A DNA stretch of 64,000 bases from an uncultured virus (IMG/VR IMGVR_UViG_3300031830_000001) (Duplodnaviria > Heunggongvirae > Uroviricota > Caudoviricetes), in IMG/VR virus record IMGVR_UViG_3300031830_000001. The stretch is one strand, 5' to 3'. This document shows positions 8,760 through 19,411 of this stretch, in pieces. The notes under the pieces are model-generated. The model saw nothing but the letters and a program-made list of their open reading frames with translations. It was not told where the DNA came from and searched no databases. The position numbers and the translations under genes are program-made. Numbering within the stretch: position 1 is the stretch's first letter; every line of letters starts with the position of its first letter.

Positions 8760-11700
8760 CTAAATAATTGTGTAGCTTTGAGAAGCAGCAGTAGATGAAT
8801 TTACATATTTGATTAAATCTTCCCAAAGATAGTTTTTTACGACATTGGCTAGTATTCTTCCATCAACAACAAGATTAATATTTGAATTAAGACTCAATTT
8901 TAGAGATGTAGATACTTGAGGAATTTGAGTTGTTGCTGTTTGTGAAGGTAATAACAACTCCTCAGACTTCCTCTTAGCCGTTGGAATATCGGGAGGATTA
9001 AATGAATTAGGATTAAATAATCCCTTAAAAAAGTTACTTAAATCGGTTGGTATTTGTTTTATAGCATCAATTAACCCAGATAAATCAATATTAAAAGGTT
9101 GTTTTGATAATTCTAAGAGAAGCTCCTGCTGCGCTTGCAATGATTGAACAATTCCTCTATTAACTTCTTGCTCTTGTTCTGTATAACGCTGTTTGTATGC
9201 TTCTATAGCGCTACTATATTGTTGTGTTAAATAATGTTCATATTGAGCCTCATATCTTAGTGCGCTTGCTTTATTTCCTCTTTCCTCTCTTTCACGTGCT
9301 GCATACATCTCATACTGAGCTGGGTAGTTTCTTAAAGTAGTTGCAGCATATTCCGCGGCTGTTGCTAAATTATTTAGCTGATTCCCAGTATTCTGAGCTG
9401 CGCTATCCACGGGTCCAAAATCAGGAGGAACGATATTTTGAGAGCTAGCTTCATTTAATCCTTTTTGATAGGCGAACTGGAGAGATTGGAAAGGTACCCA
9501 GGCAGTAGCTTCAGAAGGTAAATTATAAATACCATCTAGCTGTTTCTTTTCAGTGTCTAAAATTTGAGAAAGTAGATGCTGGACAATTTTCCAATCCATT
9601 TTATAATTAAGCGGGTTACTAGTATCCTTAAAGAATGTAATTAATTCTTGAACATCTACCTTCCCGCCTCTTGATTCTATTGCTTTTACAATTCGATTAT
9701 ATTCTGGAATAATACTTTGAAACTGGGCAAGGGTAACATTTAGAAATTGATAGCCTAATCCCCCAAAAGCTCCTCCTTTTTGTAATTCATTGTAAACTTT
9801 ACTCAACAAATCGGGAAAAATAATTCCCTGAGCAATTTGATAGCCCAGTTTTTCCCCAAGTTCAAGAATTAGCTTTTCACTCTTTGCCTGTGTTTCTAAC
9901 AACCCCGCATCAGCCCCAGTGATAATTCCATTTTGAATTGCAAATGCTAACAACTCCTCTTGCTTCTTCATAACTTCAGCAAGAAAAGCATTTAATTGCT
10001 CCTGATTTGTAATATCTTCAAAGGTATAGGTTTGAGGGAATAATCCCTTAATTGCAGCAGCTTGATTCTTTTGTGTTTGCTGTTCAGTTAATTTTAGCAA
10101 GGCAAGTAGTTGTTCAATCTGACCATTAAGAATTTCAACAGCCTGTGCCGTTGTAATATTGGTATCTCCATATTCTATCATTCCACCTTTGCTCGCCTGG
10201 ATAGCTGCTGATAAATCAATAATATCTGTAATCAAAGATACTAGTGCCTGTGAACTTTCCGCACTAGCTTGTAATAAAATATCAGCAAAGCTTTCGGCAG
10301 TAGGCAAAGTTTTCAATAATTCCTTATTAATCCCCTGAATTCCCTCAATTGTCTTTACAGCGTCAAATCTTGCCATGGCAGAAGGAGTACCAGCTATACT
10401 TCTTCCGAGTTCCCTATATTGAGTAGGAGTTATCAACCCTCGATAATACTGCTCCTTAATATACTCCTGTTGCTGCTTCATAACGTCTGAAATAATCTTT
10501 TTATTTGTCTCCCCGTATCGCTCAATAAATTGATTAATTGGCGTCCTTCTAATATCTTCCTGGGTTAGCTCTCTAGGAATTTCTTTCCTTGATTCTTCCA
10601 GTGCTTCTAAGTACGCTTCTGCTACCTGCTGTAATTCTGGTGTTATAAATCTTGCATATCGCCCAACACCTAAAAATTTTCTCCCCTCTTTTACGGCATT
10701 TACTATCGCCCTTGCATAAAGCTCCATTACATTTCTTTCAGTAATTTCCGCACCAGGTTGTATAGATAATCCGTAAAAATCTCTCCCAAAAGTTTGGGCT
10801 GCTCTAGCCTGTAAAACTAAAGTTGTTTTTGAAATCCATCCGCCTAATAATTTCGGAATAAATTCATCTAATTTTTTAGCTAATTCTTCTTCTTTTGTTA
10901 ATCTTGGCTCCTCTACTCTACCCTCTTCTACAGCTCCTTTAATAATTGACCTGAAATAATCTGTAACCTCTCCCTTTTCAGTTATCAAAGAATCAACGAA
11001 TGCTCCTCCTATTGTAGCGCCTGCAAACATCCAAATAGGATTACCAGTTAGACCTCCAACAATTCCTCCGACAATCGAACCCGCTACAGACAGCCAGCGT
11101 CTTTCGTCTCCCTCTATTGCCTTGGAAATAAAAGGAAGCGCTGCTACACCTCCTAATACTGCACCCCCTCCAACTCTACCGATAATTTTAGAAGTTGTGG
11201 TGGGGTCTAATCCAAATAACGAACTTATTCCCGCTGTTAATCCTGGAGCTTTGATAGCTGCCAAACCTTCAAGATTCTCCATAAATTCAGCTAATCTAGC
11301 CTGTCTTGTGGGTCCTCTTGATAGAAACAGGAGAAGACTGGTAAGAGTAAGAGGAATTGTTAATGAACCTAAAATTTTTGTCAATTCGGAAAAAGTATCA
11401 ACCAGCCCAGTTCCGACATCTAGTAGAGCCTTAGTATAATCAAGTAACCCGCCTTCCATTCCCAGAGTATTAGCTAACTTTTGAAAAGCGTTACCTAGAT
11501 AAGTAACTTTTGTTTGAACAGTATCTAAAGATTTTGCTAGCGCGTTCTGGGCTGCTCCCGCTGAATCTGCCTGCTCTTCAGTTAACTGAGCAACTCTAGG
11601 TAAATCAGCTAGGAATAGCTGGAATCTTTGAGCATTTCTCACACCATCGCCCAAAGTGTATGCTAATTTAGCAAAATCTTTTTCAGAAATTAATCCCGTT

Positions 11701-14700
11701 TTATATGCAGTATAAATATCATAAGAAATGTCGAGAAAATCTCGCATTTCACCTGAGGCTGATTTAACAGCGATGCCATACCTAGATAACGCTTGAATAG
11801 CTCTATCTGTATAGAGGTTGCCCACTAAAGCTCTAACAATATTACCTAGCTCCTTACCTGCCACTTGTCCTGTCTTTTCTGCTACAACAGCGATAACCGC
11901 ATTTAATTGTTCAAGGCTCATGCCCGCATTTTCAGCGGATTCTTGAACAACGGAAAATGCCGTAGCTAACGAGGCTAAGTCAATATTAGCCTTTCTGGTA
12001 ATTGTTACCCACATATCCAATAAAGTAGCGCCTCGTGAAAATGCTTCCCCCGTTGTTTCACCAGCTTTTTGAACCTGTCTCAAAGAACCCGATAAAACAT
12101 CAATAGCCTCAGCAGTAGATAGTGTAGATAATTTTGATAATGTAAGCGCATTAACAAGTAATTCATTAGCTGCTACAGTTCTTTCATAAGCATCACGAAT
12201 ATCTCCAACAGCTCGATATGCAGCCGTATAGGCTTCAATAACTCCGTTTACATTTTCTCCTGTTTCCTTAGCAATATCCGAAGCTGCTTTAAAAATTTCC
12301 GTTAATTTTATCTGCTCATTTCCTAGAATAATGGATACTTGAACTAATTTAGCCTCATTATCAATTGCTAGCTGAATTATTTCACTAATTTTTCGATACC
12401 CACCATAAATTAGTGTGGCACCAATCGACCATTTAAAAACTTCTACGATATTTCTTCGAATCGCTTCTGTAAATTCGAGAATTCTTCTATTTGTATAGGT
12501 TACCGCCTCTCCGAATCTATTTAGGGCAATAGTCATTTGATTGACTGAGCCTGTATCCTTATCTATTTGCTTAGCTGTAAAAAATGTAATGTCAGCGGGC
12601 ATTTGCCGGCGAATATCCAATTTATCATAAGAGCTAAATCCCGCCTGCGCAAACATTTCAGTAACCTTATTAGTAAGTTCTGAAATCCTTTCCCTAGCCT
12701 TTAGAGGAGGGGTAATTTCCAAGTATCTTGCGATTGTTGCTCGTAAATCAGGTCGAAATGTACCCGAAAGCGTATTTCCTACAACACTTATAGTCTGCCC
12801 CGCGGCTCGGACATTAACTTCTAAATTTTTAAATTCATCATTAAGTTGTACTATTGATACAGTTTTAATATCTTTTAAAGATAAACTAAATTTTCTTAAT
12901 TTATCTACTACGACGTCAAGAAGTCCTGGTACCTCTTTTAGACGTTTTATTTCCTCTTCTCGTAGCCATTCCTCAAAAGTTTTCCGACCTGGAAGTCTTA
13001 TATTACCCAGCCTGTCTAAAGTTACGACAAGATTAGAAACAACCCCCGCTGAATTTTCTGCCTCAACTCTAAGTTCTAAAAGGTCGGTTTTAATATTTTG
13101 AACTGAACTTAGCTTACTGATACCTGTAACTCCTAATCCCTTAAATGTTTCAACCAGTTGATTGACAATTTCAGTCGTTTTTTCGGGTGAAAAACCAAAA
13201 ATTGAACTTTGAACAGCTTTCTCTAATTCCTGTCTTAAATCTCGTTGAAAAACACCCTTAGCAGTATTACCTAAAATTTGAATAGATTTTTCACCCGCTT
13301 GGATAGTAACAATTAATGACTTTAAACTATCATTTAATTGCTCTACTTCGACATGAGTTATATCTTTTAATCCTAAATTAAAATCCTTTAATTTAGCAGT
13401 TACATGGTCTAAAAGACCTGGAATCTCTTTTAACTTGTCTAAAGGACTTGCTAAAGGAGTAACCTCCTCCATTTGTTGAGCTGACTCTTTAAATTTAAAA
13501 GCAAACTTATATCTAGATTTTTCCCCCTTTACACCAGCTAGTACAGAAATTCGAGCCTCTCCTGTAGGAGAAACGGACATTAATGGAGAAAAATATTCGA
13601 TAACCTTATTCTCAATATCGACCCCGATGCTCTTCAAATGTTTTTCGATAGCATCGATAATAGTTTGAGCATACTTTTCTCCTACTGCACGTATTATTTC
13701 CCTTCTTTGATATTCAATTTCACCTCGTAATTGACTAATATCAGGCTCTGTTGGTTTAAAAACTTCAGCAGGTGGGGGAGTTAATTTTAGTAAAGCACTC
13801 TCAATTTTTCTAATATCTACAAATTGAGGTATGACAGCTTTTTGTCCTGTAGTAAGTGTTTTTTCTACGTCTATTTCTAATTTTCGAGTACGTACTCCAA
13901 ACTTAGGAGTAATATTTTTAATATTTTCTATATCCCCAGCGACTTTAACCACTTCTTCAAGGACAGCATCAATTGCTTCGCTTTTAATTTTCCCCAAACT
14001 AATCAGAAAGTTTCTTAAATCTTCTAATGATTTAAATGCAATCGTTTCGACTTTTTTCGTTTTTTCCGCAATATCAGTTTTTATCTCAGCAGCGGGCAGG
14101 GTGCTTTTTGGAGTGGAAGGAGTTAAATATTTCGATAAGGCTTCTCTACTTCTTAGTATCTCCTCATTGACTCTTTCCACCTCTCCAGTGGCTGTATTAA
14201 TAATATACTGGACAATCTGTTCTGAAAGATTAGTTGCGAGCTTATCAGGCTTTACTTTTACCTCTAAAAATTTATAAATATCCTGAAATTTATCCTTAAT
14301 ACCTAATGAGGCTGCAACACTCTTTAGTGGTCTAGGTCTGCCCAACAGCTCTACACCACTAACCTTACCTAAATCGCCAAGTAAAGTTCCTACATCAGCA
14401 AGTATTGAAGTAACAACTTCATCTCGAATCCTGGATAAAAGTCCCGTTAATTTACCTTTTAAAATAGTGTCTATAACTCCAACACTCTTGACTGCCCCAG
14501 GGGTGAGTTTAGTTTTAGACCTAATTAAACTTTCTATTACAGATTGAGGAGCTTCGAGAATAGTTATAAGTTCTTCAGAAACATATTGATTTAGCTCTTC
14601 AATTTTCTTAGAAATAGAGGGGATAGTTCTAGAAAAAACACTTTTCAACCCTCTTTGTGTCTCAATAGGTTTATATCTAGCACCTAGACTAATTCCCTCT

Positions 14701-14951
14701 AATTCCCCCCTTAACTGTTGAAATTGTGCAATAAGAGCTTCAACATTTCGTAATCCCGCAGGAGATGAAACAGATTTACTCAGCTCCCTATAAGCCGTGG
14801 CTAGTTTTGATATTTGAGCGACTACAGCTTCACTTTTAGAGGCTGTTTGCTCATATCTTTGATTAAATTTTTCAAGGCTAGAGCTAACTAGCTCTAATTG
14901 TTTAGCTAAATTTTGAAGCTCCTTAATTGTAGATTCTACATCTCTAGGCAT
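8760..14951 (-). CDS. Tail tape measure protein
   Basis: 2063 aa, helical, Ala/Leu/Gly-rich central TMP-like region, hydrophobic Gly-rich segments; follows frameshifted chaperone pair. Confidence 0.9.
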   Translation of the reverse strand: MPRDVESTIKELQNLAKQLELVSSSLEKFNQRYEQTASKSEAVVAQISKLATAYRELSKSVSSPAGLRNVEALIAQFQQLRGELEGISLGARYKPIETQRGLKSVFSRTIPSISKKIEELNQYVSEELITILEAPQSVIESLIRSKTKLTPGAVKSVGVIDTILKGKLTGLLSRIRDEVVTSILADVGTLLGDLGKVSGVELLGRPRPLKSVAASLGIKDKFQDIYKFLEVKVKPDKLATNLSEQIVQYIINTATGEVERVNEEILRSREALSKYLTPSTPKSTLPAAEIKTDIAEKTKKVETIAFKSLEDLRNFLISLGKIKSEAIDAVLEEVVKVAGDIENIKNITPKFGVRTRKLEIDVEKTLTTGQKAVIPQFVDIRKIESALLKLTPPPAEVFKPTEPDISQLRGEIEYQRREIIRAVGEKYAQTIIDAIEKHLKSIGVDIENKVIEYFSPLMSVSPTGEARISVLAGVKGEKSRYKFAFKFKESAQQMEEVTPLASPLDKLKEIPGLLDHVTAKLKDFNLGLKDITHVEVEQLNDSLKSLIVTIQAGEKSIQILGNTAKGVFQRDLRQELEKAVQSSIFGFSPEKTTEIVNQLVETFKGLGVTGISKLSSVQNIKTDLLELRVEAENSAGVVSNLVVTLDRLGNIRLPGRKTFEEWLREEEIKRLKEVPGLLDVVVDKLRKFSLSLKDIKTVSIVQLNDEFKNLEVNVRAAGQTISVVGNTLSGTFRPDLRATIARYLEITPPLKARERISELTNKVTEMFAQAGFSSYDKLDIRRQMPADITFFTAKQIDKDTGSVNQMTIALNRFGEAVTYTNRRILEFTEAIRRNIVEVFKWSIGATLIYGGYRKISEIIQLAIDNEAKLVQVSIILGNEQIKLTEIFKAASDIAKETGENVNGVIEAYTAAYRAVGDIRDAYERTVAANELLVNALTLSKLSTLSTAEAIDVLSGSLRQVQKAGETTGEAFSRGATLLDMWVTITRKANIDLASLATAFSVVQESAENAGMSLEQLNAVIAVVAEKTGQVAGKELGNIVRALVGNLYTDRAIQALSRYGIAVKSASGEMRDFLDISYDIYTAYKTGLISEKDFAKLAYTLGDGVRNAQRFQLFLADLPRVAQLTEEQADSAGAAQNALAKSLDTVQTKVTYLGNAFQKLANTLGMEGGLLDYTKALLDVGTGLVDTFSELTKILGSLTIPLTLTSLLLFLSRGPTRQARLAEFMENLEGLAAIKAPGLTAGISSLFGLDPTTTSKIIGRVGGGAVLGGVAALPFISKAIEGDERRWLSVAGSIVGGIVGGLTGNPIWMFAGATIGGAFVDSLITEKGEVTDYFRSIIKGAVEEGRVEEPRLTKEEELAKKLDEFIPKLLGGWISKTTLVLQARAAQTFGRDFYGLSIQPGAEITERNVMELYARAIVNAVKEGRKFLGVGRYARFITPELQQVAEAYLEALEESRKEIPRELTQEDIRRTPINQFIERYGETNKKIISDVMKQQQEYIKEQYYRGLITPTQYRELGRSIAGTPSAMARFDAVKTIEGIQGINKELLKTLPTAESFADILLQASAESSQALVSLITDIIDLSAAIQASKGGMIEYGDTNITTAQAVEILNGQIEQLLALLKLTEQQTQKNQAAAIKGLFPQTYTFEDITNQEQLNAFLAEVMKKQEELLAFAIQNGIITGADAGLLETQAKSEKLILELGEKLGYQIAQGIIFPDLLSKVYNELQKGGAFGGLGYQFLNVTLAQFQSIIPEYNRIVKAIESRGGKVDVQELITFFKDTSNPLNYKMDWKIVQHLLSQILDTEKKQLDGIYNLPSEATAWVPFQSLQFAYQKGLNEASSQNIVPPDFGPVDSAAQNTGNQLNNLATAAEYAATTLRNYPAQYEMYAAREREERGNKASALRYEAQYEHYLTQQYSSAIEAYKQRYTEQEQEVNRGIVQSLQAQQELLLELSKQPFNIDLSGLIDAIKQIPTDLSNFFKGLFNPNSFNPPDIPTAKRKSEELLLPSQTATTQIPQVSTSLKLSLNSNINLVVDGRILANVVKNYLWEDLIKYVNSSTAASQSYTII

Positions 14952-14952
14952 A

Positions 14953-15219
14953 TTATTCTATCTCACTCTCAGAAATAAATATATCAGAAGATTTGTCATC
15001 TAATTTTAAGGCATTATTAATCCACCTTTCAAGCTCTTCCTGAGGTCGCCACCAGATAACTACATCTGGAGGTCGTTTATCATTGGGCAATTCATTAATG
15101 CTATCTACTTGCATCCTCTTCCTGATAACGTATGACCATGTATAAGGTATCTCTGCTAATTCTTCTAATTTAGTTGGAAAGATTTTTAGCTCCTTTGCGA
15201 TAGCCCAGAGATTAGCCAT
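14953..15219 (-). CDS. Tail assembly chaperone, C-terminal (gpT-like) part reached by -1 frameshift
   Basis: In the -1 frame of the upstream ORF and open back to the slippery site. Confidence 0.75.
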   Translation of the reverse strand: MANLWAIAKELKIFPTKLEELAEIPYTWSYVIRKRMQVDSINELPNDKRPPDVVIWWRPQEELERWINNALKLDDKSSDIFISESEIE

Positions 15220-15233
15220 CGCAGACGAGCGAG

Positions 15234-15944
15234 CTATTTTTTTAACTGATTATCATCAATTTCTAATTTAGTATAAAAAGAAATTAACTTTTCCTTTATA
15301 GTTGATGGTAAATTATCAAACTCCTCAAAAGAATTAAAAAGTCGTTGCTTATACTTAGCATCTTTATATGCGCCAAAATAAGTACACATAGCTCTGAATC
15401 TTTCCAGCATAGTAAATTCACAGATTTGATTAATCAAAAAATTCCGATATTCATTTATCAACTGTTCTTTAGAATAATTAGAAATTTCATTTTTATATTC
15501 GCTTGATAATTTGTCAACCTTTTCCTGCAATTCTTGTGCCAATCTTTCATCAAAAGAATCAACCTCAAGTTGATAAGCCTCCTGCTCTTCAAGCGATGCG
15601 TCAGAATCTGGCTCAATAGGAAGATTAAATTTTGTACTGCGGTATGCCTCACGAACAAACTCAGTGTTTTTTAAAGCAATCAAGCTTTCAATAAGTTGCT
15701 CCTTTGTGAGCGCTTCTAGGTCGGGCATGTAAGCCATATACTCATCAGTATCTGGGTTTTTTAATTTTTCACGCATTTCTCTTGACATTCTAAGAGCGAA
15801 AACTCTAGCTCTGTTTAGTTCCGCATCTCCAACTAATCGCATATAAACTGGAATCTTTTTTCCTTTTACATCCAGTTCAAACTTTTCCGCGAAATGAAAT
15901 AGCCTTGAAATATCAACATCATTTTTGTCAATTGTACTGCTCAT
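15234..15944 (-). CDS. Tail assembly chaperone (gpG-like)
   Basis: Between tail tube and tape measure genes; GAAGGAG RBS; ends TTA AAA AAA TAG. Confidence 0.75.
   Translation of the reverse strand: MSSTIDKNDVDISRLFHFAEKFELDVKGKKIPVYMRLVGDAELNRARVFALRMSREMREKLKNPDTDEYMAYMPDLEALTKEQLIESLIALKNTEFVREAYRSTKFNLPIEPDSDASLEEQEAYQLEVDSFDERLAQELQEKVDKLSSEYKNEISNYSKEQLINEYRNFLINQICEFTMLERFRAMCTYFGAYKDAKYKQRLFNSFEEFDNLPSTIKEKLISFYTKLEIDDNQLKK
15237..15243 (-). other. Programmed -1 frameshift slippery site A AAA AAA
   Basis: Seven As before TAG; -1 frame reads ATA GCT CGC TCG TCT GCG ATG into the 15219 ORF. Confidence 0.8.
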
Positions 15945-15967
15945 AATATCTCCTTCTTTCCTAAATT

Positions 15968-16002
15968 TAGAAAAGAAAGGACTACAAATTACTTGTAGTC
16001 CT
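15968..16002 (-). terminator. Intrinsic terminator after tail tube gene
   Basis: Stem aggactaca/tgtagtcct followed by a T-rich run on the minus strand. Confidence 0.75.
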
Positions 16003-16035
16003 CTCAAAAATCCTTTTTGATTATACTAAAATTTT

Positions 16036-17229
16036 TTAGGCGTCGCCTGAATAGACAATCATTTCTCCAGTTGAAGCCTTGAAGTTGAATGCTTGCTGAA
16101 CATTCTGATTGACATTTACAGTATAATTATCGCCTGTAATCATAATATTAGGCACAACAATTGTCTTTAAAACTGTATAAGGCGCGGTTGTATCGCAGGG
16201 GTCTAAAATTTTAATCTTAAGATTTAGTCCAGACCCTGAGGCACAGGCGCCCTCGATTTGAAACTCCGTATCTCCAGAATTAGTCGAACCATTCAAAAGT
16301 AAATCAATTAATTCGGTATCGGTATCTAGTACAGTAATCGTACCATTAATTGTCGGAACCTGCTTTTGAGTACCTACTTTATTTCTGTTACCCAGCTCCA
16401 TTACATCTTGAAGATTCATCGAGCCGTTAATGGTAACAGTCTGAACTCTTGGAATATTCTCAGTAGAGATTACAATTTTTACATCACGACCTCTAACAAC
16501 GGCAGGTTGAGTAGAATCACTGATATAACTATAAGAGCCAGTAGTTGAATTCGTCTGATATACACAAATAACTCTATCTGTTCTAGAATCGCCAGTTGTT
16601 AAAGTTGTCCCAACAATTCTATACTGTCCAGACCCAGGAGTTCCAGTAGTCTCAGTAAGATATTGCCCATCTAAAATTACCGATAAGGCATAATTACCAT
16701 TCTTTAGTGCCTTAGGAGTATTTGTCAACGTAAATGAGGTCGTCCCTGCCGTAAAAACATCTACAATTAAATCCCGCTTAAACCAGCGTTTTTCAGCAGC
16801 AGTAAGCGTATAACTTTCCGTAGCCTCGCCTGTAACATTATAAGATAGGGAGAAATCTCTCACTGTAGCATTTTTAACATGACCAGCCTTGACGTAGGTA
16901 CTCAAAGTAGGGTCTTTGACATACATAACTCCATCAACGGGCGCAAACTCGGTAATATTAGCCCCTCCAGATGGATAAGACGCGGGGTCTTTCCCCGTTA
17001 AAATTCCAAATAATCTTACTCCAACATCAAAAGCATTCAATGTTAACGTAATATTCGGCATATCAACAGCCGAGCCTACCTGATTTTTATTCCCGATTTC
17101 ATAGGCATCGGTAACAGGGAGGTCGGTTGTCAAAGTGATTGATTGAAGACGAGGTACATCATATGCACCCGTTTTATTAATCAATCTTAGTTTAATCTCA
17201 TCAGACGGAATGGCAACTCTTTTCGCCAT
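16036..17229 (-). CDS. Major tail tube protein
   Basis: Thr/Gly/Val-rich beta protein with two similar halves (VPRLQSIT..EIGN vs IPRVQTVT..ELGN); synteny; followed by terminator. Confidence 0.75.
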   Translation of the reverse strand: MAKRVAIPSDEIKLRLINKTGAYDVPRLQSITLTTDLPVTDAYEIGNKNQVGSAVDMPNITLTLNAFDVGVRLFGILTGKDPASYPSGGANITEFAPVDGVMYVKDPTLSTYVKAGHVKNATVRDFSLSYNVTGEATESYTLTAAEKRWFKRDLIVDVFTAGTTSFTLTNTPKALKNGNYALSVILDGQYLTETTGTPGSGQYRIVGTTLTTGDSRTDRVICVYQTNSTTGSYSYISDSTQPAVVRGRDVKIVISTENIPRVQTVTINGSMNLQDVMELGNRNKVGTQKQVPTINGTITVLDTDTELIDLLLNGSTNSGDTEFQIEGACASGSGLNLKIKILDPCDTTAPYTVLKTIVVPNIMITGDNYTVNVNQNVQQAFNFKASTGEMIVYSGDA

Positions 17230-17678
17230 TAGCTACCTCCTATAATTTCTAATTGCGCAGTAAAAGTACCTGCACCTCTATAAAATATTTCTTCTGGGTT
17301 ATCTATTTTAATATCAATAAAATCAAGCGTTATCGTAATAGGTCTAATTACACCTACTTGTGGAGGCAAGGGCGGAGGAAAATTTACACCAAAATCATAA
17401 ATAGGAATTGGTTTTTCCAGACTCGCCATCGCCTTGAAGATAATTCTATCACGCTGTGATTTTGTCCTGGCAAAAATATCAACCAGCCAATTAACTTCTC
17501 TTATATTATTATAATCACCTATCTGAAATTTGGTAAACCTAACTGATTGTATATCAATAGCTAGAGTAGGTGTATCCAAAAATTTTTCAGGAAAGCTATC
17601 TAGAACCTGTGCTAGGCTGCCAAATTGATTTTTTAAGTGATGAATTAAAGAAAAATGGGCGTTTTCTTCTATAAACAT
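17229..17678 (-). CDS. Putative tail terminator/completion protein
   Basis: 149 aa directly upstream of tail tube gene; WLVDIFA motif. Confidence 0.55.
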   Translation of the reverse strand: MFIEENAHFSLIHHLKNQFGSLAQVLDSFPEKFLDTPTLAIDIQSVRFTKFQIGDYNNIREVNWLVDIFARTKSQRDRIIFKAMASLEKPIPIYDFGVNFPPPLPPQVGVIRPITITLDFIDIKIDNPEEIFYRGAGTFTAQLEIIGGS

Positions 17679-18767
17679 TTATTTCATTCTCCATCTCACA
17701 AAGTGTCCTTTAGAATCCCGCACTACTAGCGTATATGCACCTGTTTTAGTTTGATTTATTTTTACTTTAACTCCATGTATGCCAATAGAACGAAGATACT
17801 CGCTTACAAGATTAATCAACTCGCTTTCATTTGTACTTAATATATTAACGGCTTCTTTATCAATAACTCCTTTTTCTAAAAGTGATTCAATGAGTTGATT
17901 AAAAGCTTCTTCTTTAGTAATGTTATCTGGCACGTCAATCTGAATTGAAACTATTTGATTAAAAAGTTCATTAAAATAATGAACAAACTCAACTTCTAGC
18001 TGATATAATCGCCTCGTTACATTCATTATAATTCCATATCCCTTATAACTAGGAGTAGGAATACCTCCTCTATTAGATGGCATGGGTAGCCCCGTCCCTT
18101 TATCAAGAATCTCAAAAAATGGAAGGGAATTTGATGGCATTGCACTTACCCTGGCTCTTATTGTTCTATTATAGTATTTTTTATACCTTTCCGTTACATC
18201 TATAGCCCTCAGTTTACCTTTTTTAGTCCTGTAAACATCAATAATTTTTTGATTTCTCCTCCCCGCTCGATAAATCCTAGACCAAATCCAGGATGCTTTA
18301 ATGGGGTCTAATATATCCTCATCAGCATTTGAAAATAATTGTCTAGCATAAATAACCGCATTGCTGTATATATTCAAATCGAAATATGATTCGTCAAAAT
18401 CTATTTCAAAGCGAAGGCGAGAATACTCATCAAGCTCAGCAGTAACACGAACGGGAAAATATCTTTGATATTTCAAATTACTAATAAGATTAGTAAATGG
18501 GCTTCTGCCAAATTCTTCACTATATCTAGCTGCCTTAAGTGTTTCCTCAATAAAAATAATGGGAAAAATCTTATCTTCTATATAGTCAGAAATAGTCTGT
18601 AAAACATTTCTTTGATTTTCAAATAGCACATTATATAATCCCGCCTCTTTTATATTCAATAGTATAGTCGTTCGCTCTGACTTCACTATAGAAGCAATAG
18701 TTTCTCTTACAACATCTATTTCCTTTTCAATGACACTCTCTAGTTCTTTAAGACTCAACATCGCCAA
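17679..18767 (-). CDS. Hypothetical protein in head-tail module (possible neck protein)
   Basis: Long coupled ORF; synteny only. Confidence 0.5.
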   Translation of the reverse strand: MAMLSLKELESVIEKEIDVVRETIASIVKSERTTILLNIKEAGLYNVLFENQRNVLQTISDYIEDKIFPIIFIEETLKAARYSEEFGRSPFTNLISNLKYQRYFPVRVTAELDEYSRLRFEIDFDESYFDLNIYSNAVIYARQLFSNADEDILDPIKASWIWSRIYRAGRRNQKIIDVYRTKKGKLRAIDVTERYKKYYNRTIRARVSAMPSNSLPFFEILDKGTGLPMPSNRGGIPTPSYKGYGIIMNVTRRLYQLEVEFVHYFNELFNQIVSIQIDVPDNITKEEAFNQLIESLLEKGVIDKEAVNILSTNESELINLVSEYLRSIGIHGVKVKINQTKTGAYTLVVRDSKGHFVRWRMK

Positions 18768-18978
18768 TTAAATCTCGACCGACTTCTCTACCAAAATCAT
18801 TAATATTATCTAAAATAATTTTTCTAACTTCAGGAAAAATTTCCTGTGGAATTTCCAAAGATTCTAATTTATTCATAATAATTGCTTGGTATTTTCTACT
18901 TAAAGCAGAGATAGTCTCCACTAGTTCTTTAGCATCAATGCCTTTGATGATAATAATGTTACCATTCATCAGTCTCAT
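18748..18978 (-). CDS. Hypothetical protein
   Basis: Overlaps both neighbours in the operon. Confidence 0.55.
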   Translation of the reverse strand: MRLMNGNIIIIKGIDAKELVETISALSRKYQAIIMNKLESLEIPQEIFPEVRKIILDNINDFGREVGRDLIGDVES

Positions 18979-19411
18979 CCTCCTGCCTTAATCCAAGTAA
19001 GATGCGATTAATTTGAGGCACACCTCGCATAATCTTTTTTGTAATTCTCATACTTTTATTATCGACAATAACATATTTAGTCATTTCAAGAATATTCAAT
19101 ATCTCATCTGTAAATTTTATTTGAATAACACAATCCCCATCAAAATATTGACCACCTGTAACCCACTGAGGTAAATCACTGTAACCCCAGGTTACATGTC
19201 CACTAACAGTTACTCCTGAATAGGTATAAATATAACCTAATCCAGAACAAACGGGACATAAGGGGTCAATAGCCTGGTTAGTAAATGGGTTTATACCGCA
19301 AGTGGTACAAACTCCCGAACCAGTAATTACAATAAAAGTTACAGGTCTTCCAATAGCTTTACGTATACCGTCTATGATTTCAACAGTATTTGAAGGAAAA
19401 GTTATTTCCAT
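18959..19411 (-). CDS. Putative head closure/stopper protein with CxxC-CxxC insert
   Basis: CTTC...CPVCSGLG; synteny after adaptor. Confidence 0.5.
   Translation of the reverse strand: MEITFPSNTVEIIDGIRKAIGRPVTFIVITGSGVCTTCGINPFTNQAIDPLCPVCSGLGYIYTYSGVTVSGHVTWGYSDLPQWVTGGQYFDGDCVIQIKFTDEILNILEMTKYVIVDNKSMRITKKIMRGVPQINRILLGLRQEDETDEW

Noticed and set aside
11122..14277. Plus-strand ORFs 11122-11439 and 13831-14277, and similar antisense ORFs across the window
   Set aside because: Shadow frames of well-supported genes on the opposite strand, without RBS or motifs
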